Shown: piece after piece, positions 10,798 through 22,571 of the stretch | How positions within the stretch are numbered: the first letter of the stretch is position 1 | How the letters are laid out: every line of letters begins with the position of its first letter | NCBI GenBank assembly: GCA_964016885.1 | Contig: OZ024742.1 | Span: forward strand, 154,008,001 to 154,072,000 | Source: Eledone cirrhosa | Taxonomy: Eukaryota | Direction: 5' to 3' | DNA: 64,000 nucleotides | The notes under the pieces: model-generated | Databases searched by the model: none | Told to the model about the DNA's origin: nothing | What the model saw: the letters and a program-made list of their open reading frames with translations, nothing else | Translations under genes and position numbers: made by a program

Positions 10798-13700
10798 ACG
10801 CACGAGGTGGTAGAAGGTCATGAAATCGCTCCCGTAAGTTTTTGATTTTTAACATATTTAAATCAATTGTGAAATAACAATTCTTAATACAATGTTGCAT
10901 AAACCACCGAATCAAGACCCATAAAATTTCGGATCCATATTATATGGTTATATCGCTCAAATATTCAATTTTGTATTATATATTTTGTATTCAAAAAAGA
11001 AAATGGTTATAAATGGAAGAAAACACCCCCTGTCTACACTATATAGAACAGCCAAATAACAGCAATTTCACCAACACCAGAAACTTGATACACCACTTAC
11101 CCTATCACACTAAATATAACAGCCAGATAACGGCAATTTCACCACCACCACCACCAATCCCAGCATCATAATAATAATTACTATTATTATTGTCTCAAGT
11201 TTTAACGAAATGTTTAATTTCAATTTTACGGGAATATGTCAACACAATATATATTAAACATACGCGACACACACTCATATATACTAAATATCACAAAACT
11301 CAGTAACGACAACGCCACCGCCGCCACCACTCCATCCATCATTGCTACCACTATCCCATCACCGCCGCCACCACTCCTTCATTGCTACCACCACTATTCC
11401 CCTGTTAACTTGAGAGAGAAATGGGAAGGTGGCGGTATCACTAGACAAGCGAGAAGCTAGCAAAAGATATAAATAAATTGACTTAGTGACATGGCCACCG
11501 GCCAAACGTCAACATCAACAACTATGGCACTGCTGGCTCACCCCTTCCTCACCAACAATATAAAAATCCCCAGCACCACCACCGACATAGCCAACAACAA
11601 TAACAGGCAACTTCAGCAAAAAATGTATATTATATTATTGTAATGCACTGGGTGATTTCTGGCCTTGTGCCTAGAGTGGAGACAATTATTAATAATTTCA
11701 TTCTTAAGCCATGCAATGCTCACATTAAGGAACCACTCATGATAATAACAATTTAAAAAAACAACAAAAAAAAACCCCGTGACCAAGAAATACCGGGATG
11801 GCAGCCGGCGAGGAATAGCCGTGTCTCTAGGGGAGAACGACCCCTCTAGTATTGGTTAACACTCGTTCTAGAAGTGGTAACACGAAATGATTACCCCTTG
11901 GCGGATAAGGATAAAACGCGACAAAATAAAGTAAATGTCTAATGATAAAATCTCATACCGGATCGGCCGTCACCCGGTAAAAAAAGGGCCGCGTCCCTCA
12001 GAGAGTAACCAGACTGGGGTCGAAAAATCAAACCTTCCCATCACTTCGGAGCTGGAGACCTCCCATAACCGGAATACTCCTACTGTTGGCTCTCCATGCT
12101 CACCACCAAGAAATCCAAAGAAAAAGAGAGAAAAATGATCAAGGGAAGATAATAAAGAAGTCCTTGAGACTTTCTACACTGCCATGTACTACCCATCAAA
12201 TACATCGAATACAGAACAGACATATATCAACTGGAAAAAGAAACATCCCGAAAACAGAGGCTATATTGACAGCAACAAACTAGCCAATATACGAAGAAAT
12301 ATTGTAAGAAAAAAGTTACTAACTGATATAGAAATTGATCAGATCAAGCTATTAGCACAAAGTCAGCGAAGGGAAAATGAAACATGTGTCAGTGAAAACG
12401 AGGTAAATTGTAACACTTCGAATCCCAGGGTTGGGGCGGAATCACTGGCAACAGAACAAATTAAAGAAAGGATCGAAAAAGTGGAGGGAGTGCATGCTCA
12501 AGATGAAACTCCAAATGAAAATAATGAGATCGTAAATGATAAAGAAATGAATGAGAATGAACTTGCCAACTTGAAGGATGAAATTATGATCGAATGGATG
12601 AAAATGAAAGAATCTGACATGGGGCAACGAAACACCCTCCCTAAGATCCAGAATTCCAAAGAGAACCAAAAGATAATACACAAGACTAACATAATTCTCA
12701 AAAACATTATCATCACATACAAACTAAACATTTCTGATTTAAATCATCTCTATTATGCATCGGCTAAAGTCACCACTCACTTATGTGGAGTGAAGATGAA
12801 AAAACAAAGGAATTCCCACAATAAATCTACTTGGCAAGAGAACATCAATCGCCAAATAAAAATTCTCCGATCTGACATAGAAATGTTAACAAACTATAAA
12901 GTAGGTGAACATGTTAAACAAACTAAACTTAGAAAATTGAAAAAATAAGTACAGTATAAAATCAACAAGTGACATAGACATGCTGATAGAAATAATCAAA
13001 CAAAAAGTGTCGGCCAAAGCTGCTCGTATAAGGCGCTTTGAAAAACGATCTAGATTCTATAAGGACAATAATATGTTCAACAACAACCAAAGAAACTTCT
13101 ACAGAAAAATTGGTAAGTCAACAATAACTGCTAAATCAATACCACCCAAGGAGGAAGTGAAAGAATTCTGGGAAAAGATCTGGGCCGATGAAAAAGTTCA
13201 TAACATACATGCCCCATGGATAGACAGACAAATGAAAGATACAGCTCACCTTGAGGAACAAATATGGGAAAATATAACGGTTGAACAGTTGCGCTTGGCT
13301 CTAAGAAAAACCAGCAAATGGAAATCCCCAGGAAAAGACAAAGTACAAAACTTTTTGATAAATGCCTTCACAGAGTATCTTGAGCTGTTAGCACAACTTT
13401 ACAATGAAATAGTTAAGGAACCAGAAAAGATACCATCATGGCCAGTTAACGGCATTACATTCCTGCTTCCGAAGAATGATGAGACAAACAATCCCAGAAA
13501 TTACAGACCGATAACTTGCTTGACCACAATGTATAAAATGTTAACATCAGTCCTAACTGAATACACATATGACCACCTGATAACAAATGACCTATTTCCC
13601 ATTGAGCAGAAAGGGTGTAAACGAGGCTCATATGGCTGTAAGGATCAGCTTCTGGTTAACAAAATGATACTGGAAGATTGTCATAATAGACACAAAAATC

Positions 13701-14440
13701 TATCGATTGCTTGAATAGATTATAAAAAAGCATTCGATAGTTTGCCCCACAGTTGGATTGAAAAATGTTTAGAGATTTTCCAAATATCCCCCGTTGTCAG
13801 CAGCTTTTTTTGTAATTCAGTATGAAGACATGGAGAACGACACTCCTTTTGAATAGTGAAACAAAATCACTGGAAGGTGGAGAAGTAAATATTAATTGTG
13901 GAATTTTTCAGCGTGACTCTTTATCACCGCTCTTATACTGCATCGCACTTATACCATTAAGTAAAATGCTCAATGAAACAAAACATGGATATAAAGTCTA
14001 TGACAAAAAAATTAATCACTTGTTCTACATGGATGACCTGAAACTATTTGCAAAAAATGATGAACAATTGCAAGGGCTATAATCCACTGTGGAGGAGTTC
14101 AGTGATGACATTAAAATGGAGTTTGGACTAGATAAATGCGCCAAAGCAACGTTCACAAGAGGAAAGCTGCTGAAGAGTTCAGACACTAATCTTGATCGGG
14201 GGAATGTGATAAGAGAACATGCTCAAGAAAAAACTTACAAATATCTAGGTGTTTGTGAAGGAGACGGAATCAAGCACTCGACAATGAGGGAAAGGGTAAG
14301 GAAGGAATGTTACCGCAGAGAAAGATCAATCTTAAGAACGGAATTGAATGCAAGGAATAGGATCGATGCCATAAAAATGCTTGCCATACCAGTAGTAACC
14401 TACAGTTACAATGTCATCAACTGGTCAAGCACAGAGATCC
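10798..14440 (+). mobile_element. R4/Dong-type RLE LINE family 1, 5' part including a ~1 kb 5' module
   Basis: Broken ORF from ATG 11935: Myb-like N-terminus, KSPGKD, YRPITCL, EQKGC, DYKKAFDS, GIFQRDSLSP, FYMDDLKL; inverted homolog at 32841-37230. Confidence 0.9.
11640..11690 (+). mobile_element. SINE 3'-end fragment inserted in copy 1 only
   Basis: TAATGCACTGGG..TGGCCTTGTGCCTAGAGTGGAGACAATTATT; absent at the homologous site (~36370) of copy 2. Confidence 0.75.
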
Positions 14441-15783
14441 GTATATTCCAGGGAGATAGTCTGTCCCCTCTGTTACAAATATAATATAATAAGGATACAA
14501 ATATTTAGGTTTTCTGGAGGCTGATGACATCAAGCACAAAAAAATGAATGAATTGGTAGATCTGAATACATTCGGAGAGTAAGGAGCGTATTAAAGTCAC
14601 ATCTGAACAGTAGGAATGCCATAAGTGCAGTAAATTCCCGAGCTGTGTCTATTATTAGATACAGTGCGGAAATTCTGAGATGGAATGTTGCTGAACAAAA
14701 AGAAATAGATAGGAAGACTAGGAAGCTATTGACTATCTACAACATGTTCCACAAGAGGAGTGATGTCGATAGACTCTACTTAAGGAGATCTGTAGGTGGA
14801 AGAGGTCTTATCAGCATAGAGGAAGGTGTTCAGATAGAGAAAAACAACCTACACAATTACGTGACTGATAGTAGGGAGCCAATGCTCAAAATTGTACTGA
14901 AGGAGAGGACAATAGATCAGGGGATCTTCAAGGAAGAAATAACAACAAGGAGAAAGAGCACCCTTCATGAAAAATCCCTTCATAGTACCTTCTTTGAGAA
15001 AACTGAATTTAGAGACCCACAGACATGGAACTGATTGAAAAGAGGAGACCTTAAAAAGGCTACAGAAGGAATGCTAATGGCTGCGCAAGAGCAGGCACTC
15101 AAAACGAAGTGGTTGAAACACCATATTTACAAGGAGGAGGTTAGCCCACTGTGCAGGATCTGTGGAGAGAGAGAGAGGAGACTGTGGCTCACATTGTATC
15201 CGAGTGTAAACACCTAGCCCAGACTCACTATAAAGGCTGGAGACATGATGGGCAGGGTGATCCACTGGCACTTATGCAAAGTAAACAATTTACCACATTC
15301 TGAGAAGTGTTATGAGCATAAGCCAGAGTCGGTGATAGAAAACAATCAGGTGTAGGTGCAGTGGGATATTAGGATACAGGCGGACAAGAAACTGGAACAC
15401 AATAGACCTGACCTGGTGGTTTTAGACAAGGAAAAAGATCGTGCCTGACTGTGAATGTAGCCTGCCGATTCGACAGAAGCGTGCAAGAGAATGAGAGGGA
15501 GAAAATTAACCGATACCAGGACTTAAAGTGGAAGGTAAAAAGGATTTGGAACTGCCATTGTCATAGGCGCACTAAGTAATATCTCAAAGAGTTTCTAAGG
15601 ATGGTTAAATAAAATTGGTCCCACCCCGCCTTTTGGAACACTTCAAATCGCATGCTTGCTGGAAACAGCAAGAACACTCCGATATGTCCTGAATATCTGA
15701 GGCTGCATGTAGTGGCTTGATAATCATTTCAACTAACCTGCCAGTTAAATAACATCTATGACTGAGACTCAAAAAACAATAAT
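14441..15783 (+). mobile_element. RLE LINE family 2, 3' portion with an internal deletion
   Basis: Matches 61401-61434, then 61738-63050; CRICGE..HIVSEC zinc knuckle, RPDLVV RLE motif, 3'UTR. Confidence 0.88.
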
Positions 15784-15788
15784 ATTAA

Positions 15789-17508
15789 AACCATTAATCG
15801 CTTGTTCTACATGGATGACCTGAAACTATTTGCAAAGAATGATGAACAATTGCAAGGACTACTATCCACTGTGGAGCGGTTCAGGGATGACATTAAACTG
15901 GAGTTTGGACTAGATAAATGCGCCAAAGTAAGGTTCACCAGAGCAAAGTTGCTGAACATTTCAGACATTAATCTTGACCGGAGGAATGTGATAAGAGAAC
16001 TTGATCAAGAGGAAACTTACAAATATATAGGCGTTTGTGAAGGAGACGGAATCAAGCACCCGACAATGAGGGAAAGGATAAGGAAGGAATGTTACCGCAG
16101 AGAGTAAGAGCAATGTTAAGTACGGAATTGAATGCAAGGATTAGGATCGATGCCATAAAGACGCTTGCTACACCAGTAGTAACTTGCAGTTACAATGTCA
16201 TTAACTGGTCAAGCACAGAGATCCGTAGGCTCGATATAAATATTAGAAAACTCTTATCCATCCACAGAATGCATCACCCTTAGTCAGATACCGATAGAAT
16301 ATATTGTCTCGCTAGAAAAGGAGGACGTGTGTTAATCCAGTTAGATATTGCGTTCACAACTGCAAAAATTGGATTATTTACATATCTAAGGGAATCACAT
16401 GATTGGATGATCAAACTCGTTTTGAAACACGAAAGCATCAAAAGATCATACTCCATTACAAAAGATTCACAAAGATACAGTAATGTACCACACATTTCAG
16501 AAGTCCCATTTACTGCTTATATGGAAAACAACACAGAAAAGGCAAAGCAGGTAAAAGTAACTCAAAGAAAGAACAGCTACAGAAAATGGCTAAGAAATGG
16601 CAAGAAAAGCCTCTGTATGGAAAATACCCAGAAAGAGCAAACAATCCTGATGTTGACAAAACTTTAACCCATCAGTGGTTTGCATCCTCTGGACTGAAAT
16701 CTGAGACTGAAGGACTGATTATATCAGCACAAGATCAGTGTCTGCCAAGAAAAAATTATCAAGCCAACATAATAAAATTGGATGCAACCCATTATGCTGT
16801 GTATGTAAAAAAACAACCATAGACCATTGATCATATAATTTCAATGTGCAGTCCTATAGCTCCAACCGAATACCTAAACAGGCATGACAGAGCTGCATAA
16901 TACATACATTCGATAATGTGTAATCATTTTGACCTGCCCCATCAAAAGAATTGCTGGTAGCATCAACCACCTCCCATACTTGCAAAAGATCACATCTCAT
17001 TCTTGTGGAACTTTAGCATCGAAACAGACCGAAAAATAGATGCAAATAGACCTGATATAATACTGAAGGACTTTAAAAAGAGGGTATGCCTGCTAATTGA
17101 TATGTCCGTTCCAATAGATAAGAATGTATCTATAAAAACATTTGAAAAATTGTGCAAGTATAAGGACCTGGAGATAGAAATTGGAAACATGTGGAAATTG
17201 AGAACTAAAACAATACCAGTGGTTGTAGGCGCTCTTGGAATGATACCTAAGAGGTCTAATGATTACTCATCGCAAATCCCAGGAAACCCGCGTATAGGAG
17301 CGATAAAAAGATAGTGCTAAGAGGAACTGCCCATATACTAAGGAAGATTCAGTCAATATAAATACATCACAACTCTAAACACCTAAAGATGCATGTGTGT
17401 GTATGTATGTTCTTTCTTGAACATGGCGGACCTTGTTGTCTCTTGAGGTCACTGGTTGTGACTTGGTGATGACTCATATAACATAAAGCAAGTTAAATGC
17501 AACTATAC
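15789..17508 (+). mobile_element. RLE LINE family 1, 5'-truncated 3' portion
   Basis: FYMDDLKL, AQDQCL, RPDIILKD..LIDMSVP..K (PD-(D/E)xK), 3'UTR ending GCAACTATA then (AAT)n. Confidence 0.9.
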
Positions 17509-17515
17509 TAATAAT

Positions 17516-17702
17516 AATTGTTTCTACATTTGGCACAAGGCCAGCAAATACCCAGTGCATTACTGGTACTTTATTTTACTGACCCCGTAAGGATGAAAGG
17601 CAAAGTTAACCTCGGCAGGATTTGAACTCAGATCGTAAAGGGACGTAACTCTGCTGGAAAGCATGGCGTCCGACTCTCTACCGATACTGTCAATCCACCG
17701 CC
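17516..17702 (-). mobile_element. tRNA-derived Nin-domain SINE
   Basis: Minus strand: A-box-like TGACAGTATCGG, B box GAGTTCAAATCC, core TTTGCCTTTCATCCTTACGGGGTC, (ATT)n tail. Confidence 0.88.
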
Positions 17703-17730
17703 CTTTTACTATAATAATAATAATAATAAT

Positions 17731-20498
17731 GATTTCTTTATTGGCCACAAGGGCTGACATCAAGAAAAACATTACAGACGGCACAGGACGGTACGATGTG
17801 GGTTTGCGTGTAAATATGTTTATTATTTATATAAGAAAAGAAAAAAAAGACATAGAAACATGAAAATTGAATTGAAACAATGACAAATTCAACAATAGGG
17901 GTAACCTCCGAGGGTTACTCGGGGCGAATACCACACAAAAGACCAAGGCCACCCTGACAACGCGGTTAAGCGCCCTCTCTCCATTTTTCCCTTTTTCAAA
18001 CTACAGGCGTATATTCAGAACGGTCCCGTTCACTCAGACCAATCTCGCTACATTCACCCACCTTCAACAAACTTGCTAGAAGGCAGCACTTGCCTCTCCA
18101 CCGTAATTTTCGACTTCACGTGAAACTTGAAAAAGTTAATTAGGGATTCGCCGAAGAGGAAAGTGTGTGTATTTAACCCATTCAACCTTGTCCACTACAC
18201 AATCTCTTTCGCCATGGCCACCAGGCAGATTAAAACCGCCCGCCCTTCCTCCTAGAAGGAAGAGAGCGAGAACATCTGCACAATGGACTCAGTCGATAAC
18301 CGGATCAGTCCTACACGCGACAGCAACTGTTCGACATTGCTCCACAAGTCAGCAATTGTCGGGCACTGAATGCGTGCGTGCACGACGGTTTCGTTGCTCT
18401 GCGCGCATCTCGGACAGGCTCGGCTGATGGCACTTCCGTGCCTGTAGAGCTTATGTAGAACAGGAAACGCTCACCGGTAGCACTGAAAGGTCAGGAATTT
18501 TTGGAAGTTATCCATAGGCCCTGGGCTGAAAGTTCTCTGGAAGAGAGCAAACAGCTGATCTTCGACGCCCAGGATGTCTCCGAGAACGTAGTCGCTCTTC
18601 TCCTCCACTAGTCCCCTATAGAACGCCGAGGTGGATGTTCCGCCGATACTGGTGCTCAGCTGGCATTGGGCAAGGAGGGCCTGGAGACATTCAAATTTCC
18701 AAGCGCTATCCCTCGGTCTTTTCCTTACCCAGGACTGCATCTCCGTCAAGGAGACTAACTTTGGGAAAACGTGCCTGGCAAACGGCGACCACACTTGTTC
18801 ACCTTCAAGGAAGCTCCAGAGATGTCGCAGGTGAAGCGCATGTTTCCACATAATCAGCCATGGCATGCCCAGTCCACGCAACCGGTGTTGGCAGCAGATG
18901 GAGCGTCTGACCATGGAAGCGCGTCCCTTCCACAAAAGGCGGAAGAGGAGACGCTGCATTTTGGTGAGAGTTGGGCCGGGGCAAGGGACGACGGTGAGGT
19001 GGTAGCAGATGATGGATGCGATGTACGCATTCTCCACCTCCGCCCGGCCTTTCAGGGACAGCTTCCTCTCGGCCCATTTCTGGGTGAGTGGGGCCCACCT
19101 TGCTCGTTACGTCGCTCCAGCTTTTCCCCATCTGGAGGTCTGGTCCGAACCAGACCCCGAGCAATTTAACCGGTCCGTCCGTCCAACTCCCCACGAAGCT
19201 ATCGGATGGCATGGACATGCCGCTCCAGATGCCGAGCTGCAAGCCCACCGACCTTTCCTGGTTTATCTTTACTCCTGTCACCGCTTCGTATTCCTTCAGA
19301 GCGGTGCCGAGCACCTGGACGTCTTTGTTGCTCGACACTAACATGGTGACGTCGTCGGCGTGAGCCGACTTGGATTTCCCGCATCCTAGTTCGCGTTGGA
19401 CGCCACTCATCGCCCCCAGTTTGTGCAGTAGAGACCCGAGATCTAATACGTACAAGAGGTACGAGATGGGACAACCCTGGCGGCCGAGCGCATGATGCTG
19501 AATGGCTGCAACAGGTGACGGTTCACCCTCACAACTGAGCAGATGTCGCTGTACATCGCAGCGATCCAACCCCTGAGAACGGGCTCGAAACCGGCTTCTC
19601 CAATGACCGCCGCCAGTTACCGATGGTCGACCCTATCGATTGCTTTGGATTGATCCAAGTTGATCAGGTCCACACCCGTTCCAGATTCCTTAACCACCCT
19701 CTCTATGATGTATCGCATGAGGTGGGGGTTGTCATGTATGGATCTGTCCGGAATGGCGCATGTCTGCGCCTCTCCCACCAGACACTTGACGACAAGCGCC
19801 AAACTCGTTGCTAACACCTTGACCAAAATCTTGAACTCTGCGTTTAGCAGATTTATGGGCCTGAAGTTATCGATAACATCCCCCTTGTTCGGGTATTTTC
19901 TCAGCATCGTTACCACTCCCCGGCTCACAAAACGAGGAATGCTCCCCTTCTGCTACCAGTTGCAGTAGACGTCTGCCAAGAGGTCGCCGAACAAGTCTGC
20001 ATAAATGCACAAAGCTCGTAGGGCACACCATTTTTAACCTGGCGATTTAACCCTCGTGCAGTTCGCCATCGCTTCCCGTATTTCACCGACTGTTATTGGC
20101 TTTTCGCAACACTGGCCACGGTCGTCGGGAGCCGAGGCAGTCCGTCGAGGTATGCACTGAAGTCCATGCCCCGATCCGGGCCGCCGCTGGCGCTCCCGAA
20201 CAGTTCAGCAAAGGGTTGCTGAAAAGCCTCACACATCTGCTCGGGTTCGAGCAACACGCGCCCGTTTTGGTCAGACAAAGACCGAAATGTTGCTTTGTTT
20301 CCACGTCGGGCCTCTGCCACCCGGGCCCATTGGATGGCTTTCGTCCCCTCGTGTTTCAGAGAACGCGTTCTAGCTCTGACAACGCAGCCTTCGTGTTTTG
20401 CGTTGAAGAATAGATCGTTGAAGAATTAGAACCCGAAACCGGCTGCCTCGAGGCCCGCCGCCAGTTACCGATGGTCGACCCTATCGAATGCTTTGGAT
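17731..20498 (-). mobile_element. 5'-truncated Tx1 LINE of a divergent subfamily (copy D)
   Basis: FRPINLLN, QGCPIS, HADD and C-terminal region homologous to copy A; different 3'UTR; (AAT)n on both sides. Confidence 0.9.
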
Positions 20499-20507
20499 GA
20501 TAATAAT

Positions 20508-20795
20508 AAAGACAGGAACAGAACAATATTTGCGAATAATACCTGGTGCAAACATTTCTGCAATAATTCCGAGGTGCAAAAATGTGCCTTGACTGATACT
20601 GCACACGTATTAAGAAGAGTCCTATCTCTGTAAGATTGATACCCCTCCTTATATTTACATATGCATTTACACATGTGTATATATGTATACTTTTTTTTTA
20701 TAATCAATGTGCTGTATTAACTGGCCTACTGGCACACTGAATTTATTTGCCCTAGGTGTCAGGAAGACACTCGGCATATATCTCAGGAACAATAA
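20508..20795 (+). mobile_element. RLE LINE 3' fragment, third family
   Basis: QYLRIIPG..EVQKCALTDTAHVLRRVLSL* resembles family-1 EIQKIVLMGTAHILRKILSI. Confidence 0.7.
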
Positions 20796-20828
20796 AGAAA
20801 GAAAATGAAAATAACAATAAAACTAATA

Positions 20829-21013
20829 ATTATTTCTACTTTTGGCACAAGTCCACCAATTATTCCAAGGTATTACTGGTACTTCATGTTATCAACCCCA
20901 TAAGGAAGAAAGGCAAATTAACCTCGGTGGGATATGAACTCAGACCATAAAGGGCTGTAACTCTTTGCTGCAAAACATGGCATCCAACCCTCTACCGATA
21001 CCGCCAATCCACC
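20829..21013 (-). mobile_element. Nin-domain SINE
   Basis: Colinear with 17516-17702. Confidence 0.85.
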
Positions 21014-21134
21014 AAAAATAAAGTTAATAAAATCTTTATTGTTAGTACTTTTACGCACTTTTACTATAAATGTATGGACATCTATGATACTGAACGTTTG
21101 AGAAAGCAACAGCGCATCCAGCGAAGACCAAGAT

Positions 21135-22112
21135 ACTGTGTTCAGATGGAGAAAAACAACCTGTACAAATATGTGACTGACAGTAGGGAGCCAATGCTCA
21201 AAATTGTATTGAGGGAGAGGACAATAGACCAGGGTATGTCCAAGGAGGAAATAACAGCAAGGACGAAGAGCAACCTTCATGAAAAATCCCTTCATAGTAC
21301 CTTCTTTGAGAAAACTGAATTTAGAGATCCACAGACATGGAACTGGCTAAAAAGAGGAGACCTTAAAAAAACTACAAAAGGAATGCTAATGGCTGCGCAA
21401 AAACAAGCCCTCAGGACAAAAAGGGTGAAACACCATATTGACAAGGAGGAGGCTAGCTCACTGTGTAGGATATGTGGGGAGAGAGAGGAGACTGTGGCTC
21501 ACATTGTATCTGAGTGTAAACACCTAGCCCAGACTCACTATAAAGGCTGGGGACATGATGTGATAGGTAGGGTGATCCACTGGCATCTATGCAAAGTCAA
21601 CAATTTACCACATTCGGAGAAGTGGTATGAGCATAAGCCAGAGTCGGTGATAGAAAACGATCAGGTGAAGGTGTTATGGGATTTTATGATACAGACAGAC
21701 AAGAAATTAGAACACAATAGACCTGACCTGGTGGTATTGGACAAGGATAAAAGATCGTGCCTGATTGTACATATAGCCTGCCCATTTGACACGAGAGTGC
21801 AAACAAAAAGAGAGGGAGAAAATTAACCGATACTAGGATTTAAAGTGCGAGTTAAAAAGGATTTGGAACTGCCATGAAATCAAGGTCTTCCTGATTGACA
21901 TAGGCGCACTAGGTACTATCTCAAAGAGTTTCCAAGGATAGTTAAAGAAGATAAGTCCAGCCCCGCTTTTTGAACACTTCAAAAGGCATGCTTGCTGGGA
22001 ACAGCAAGAACCCTTCGATACGTCCTGAATGTCCGAGGCTGCAGGTAGTGGCTTGATATTCATTTCAACAAACCTGCCAGTTAAATAACATCAATGACTG
22101 AGACTCAAAGGA
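21135..22112 (+). mobile_element. RLE LINE family 2, 5'-truncated
   Basis: CRICGEREETVAHIVSEC, HDVIG, HNRPDLVV..IACP, 3'UTR, (AAT)n. Confidence 0.9.
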
Positions 22113-22124
22113 CAATAATAATAA

Positions 22125-22311
22125 TTGTTTCTACTTTAGGCACAAGGCCAGCAATTACCCAGTATATTACTGGTACTTTATTTTATCGACCCCGTAAGAA
22201 TGATAGGCAAAGTTGACCTCGGCGGGATTTGAACTCAGAATAGAAAGGGCCGTAATTCTATGCGTCAAAGCATGGCGTCCGACCCTCTACCCATACTGCC
22301 AATTCACCGCC
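22125..22311 (-). mobile_element. Nin-domain SINE
   Basis: Full-length copy with A/B boxes on the minus strand. Confidence 0.88.
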
Positions 22312-22392
22312 CCTTCATTTCAACAAACCTTCCAGTTAAATAACATAAATGACTGAGACTCAAAGGACAATAATAATAATAATAATAATAAT

Positions 22393-22571
22393 AATTGTTT
22401 CTACTTTTGGCACAAGACCATCAATTATCCCGGTGTATTACTGGTACTTTAGTGTATCGACCCCGTAAGGATGAAAGCCAAAGTTAACCTCGGCGGGATT
22501 TCAACTCAGACCATAAAGGGCCGTAACTCTTTGCTCAAAGCCTGGCATCCGACCCTCTACCGATACTGCCA
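22393..22571 (-). mobile_element. Nin-domain SINE
   Basis: Near full-length copy after (AAT)n. Confidence 0.88.

Noticed and set aside
11800-11822. HDV-like L3 string TTCCTCG on the antisense strand of the RLE 5' region
   Set aside because: Wrong strand, and P1/P2/P4 could not be assembled
17516-17702. tRNA gene (A/B boxes)
   Set aside because: No cloverleaf; it is the head of a multicopy SINE
22059-22571. CRISPR-like repeat/spacer pattern
   Set aside because: Eukaryotic TE tails and SINEs; no regular array and no cas genes
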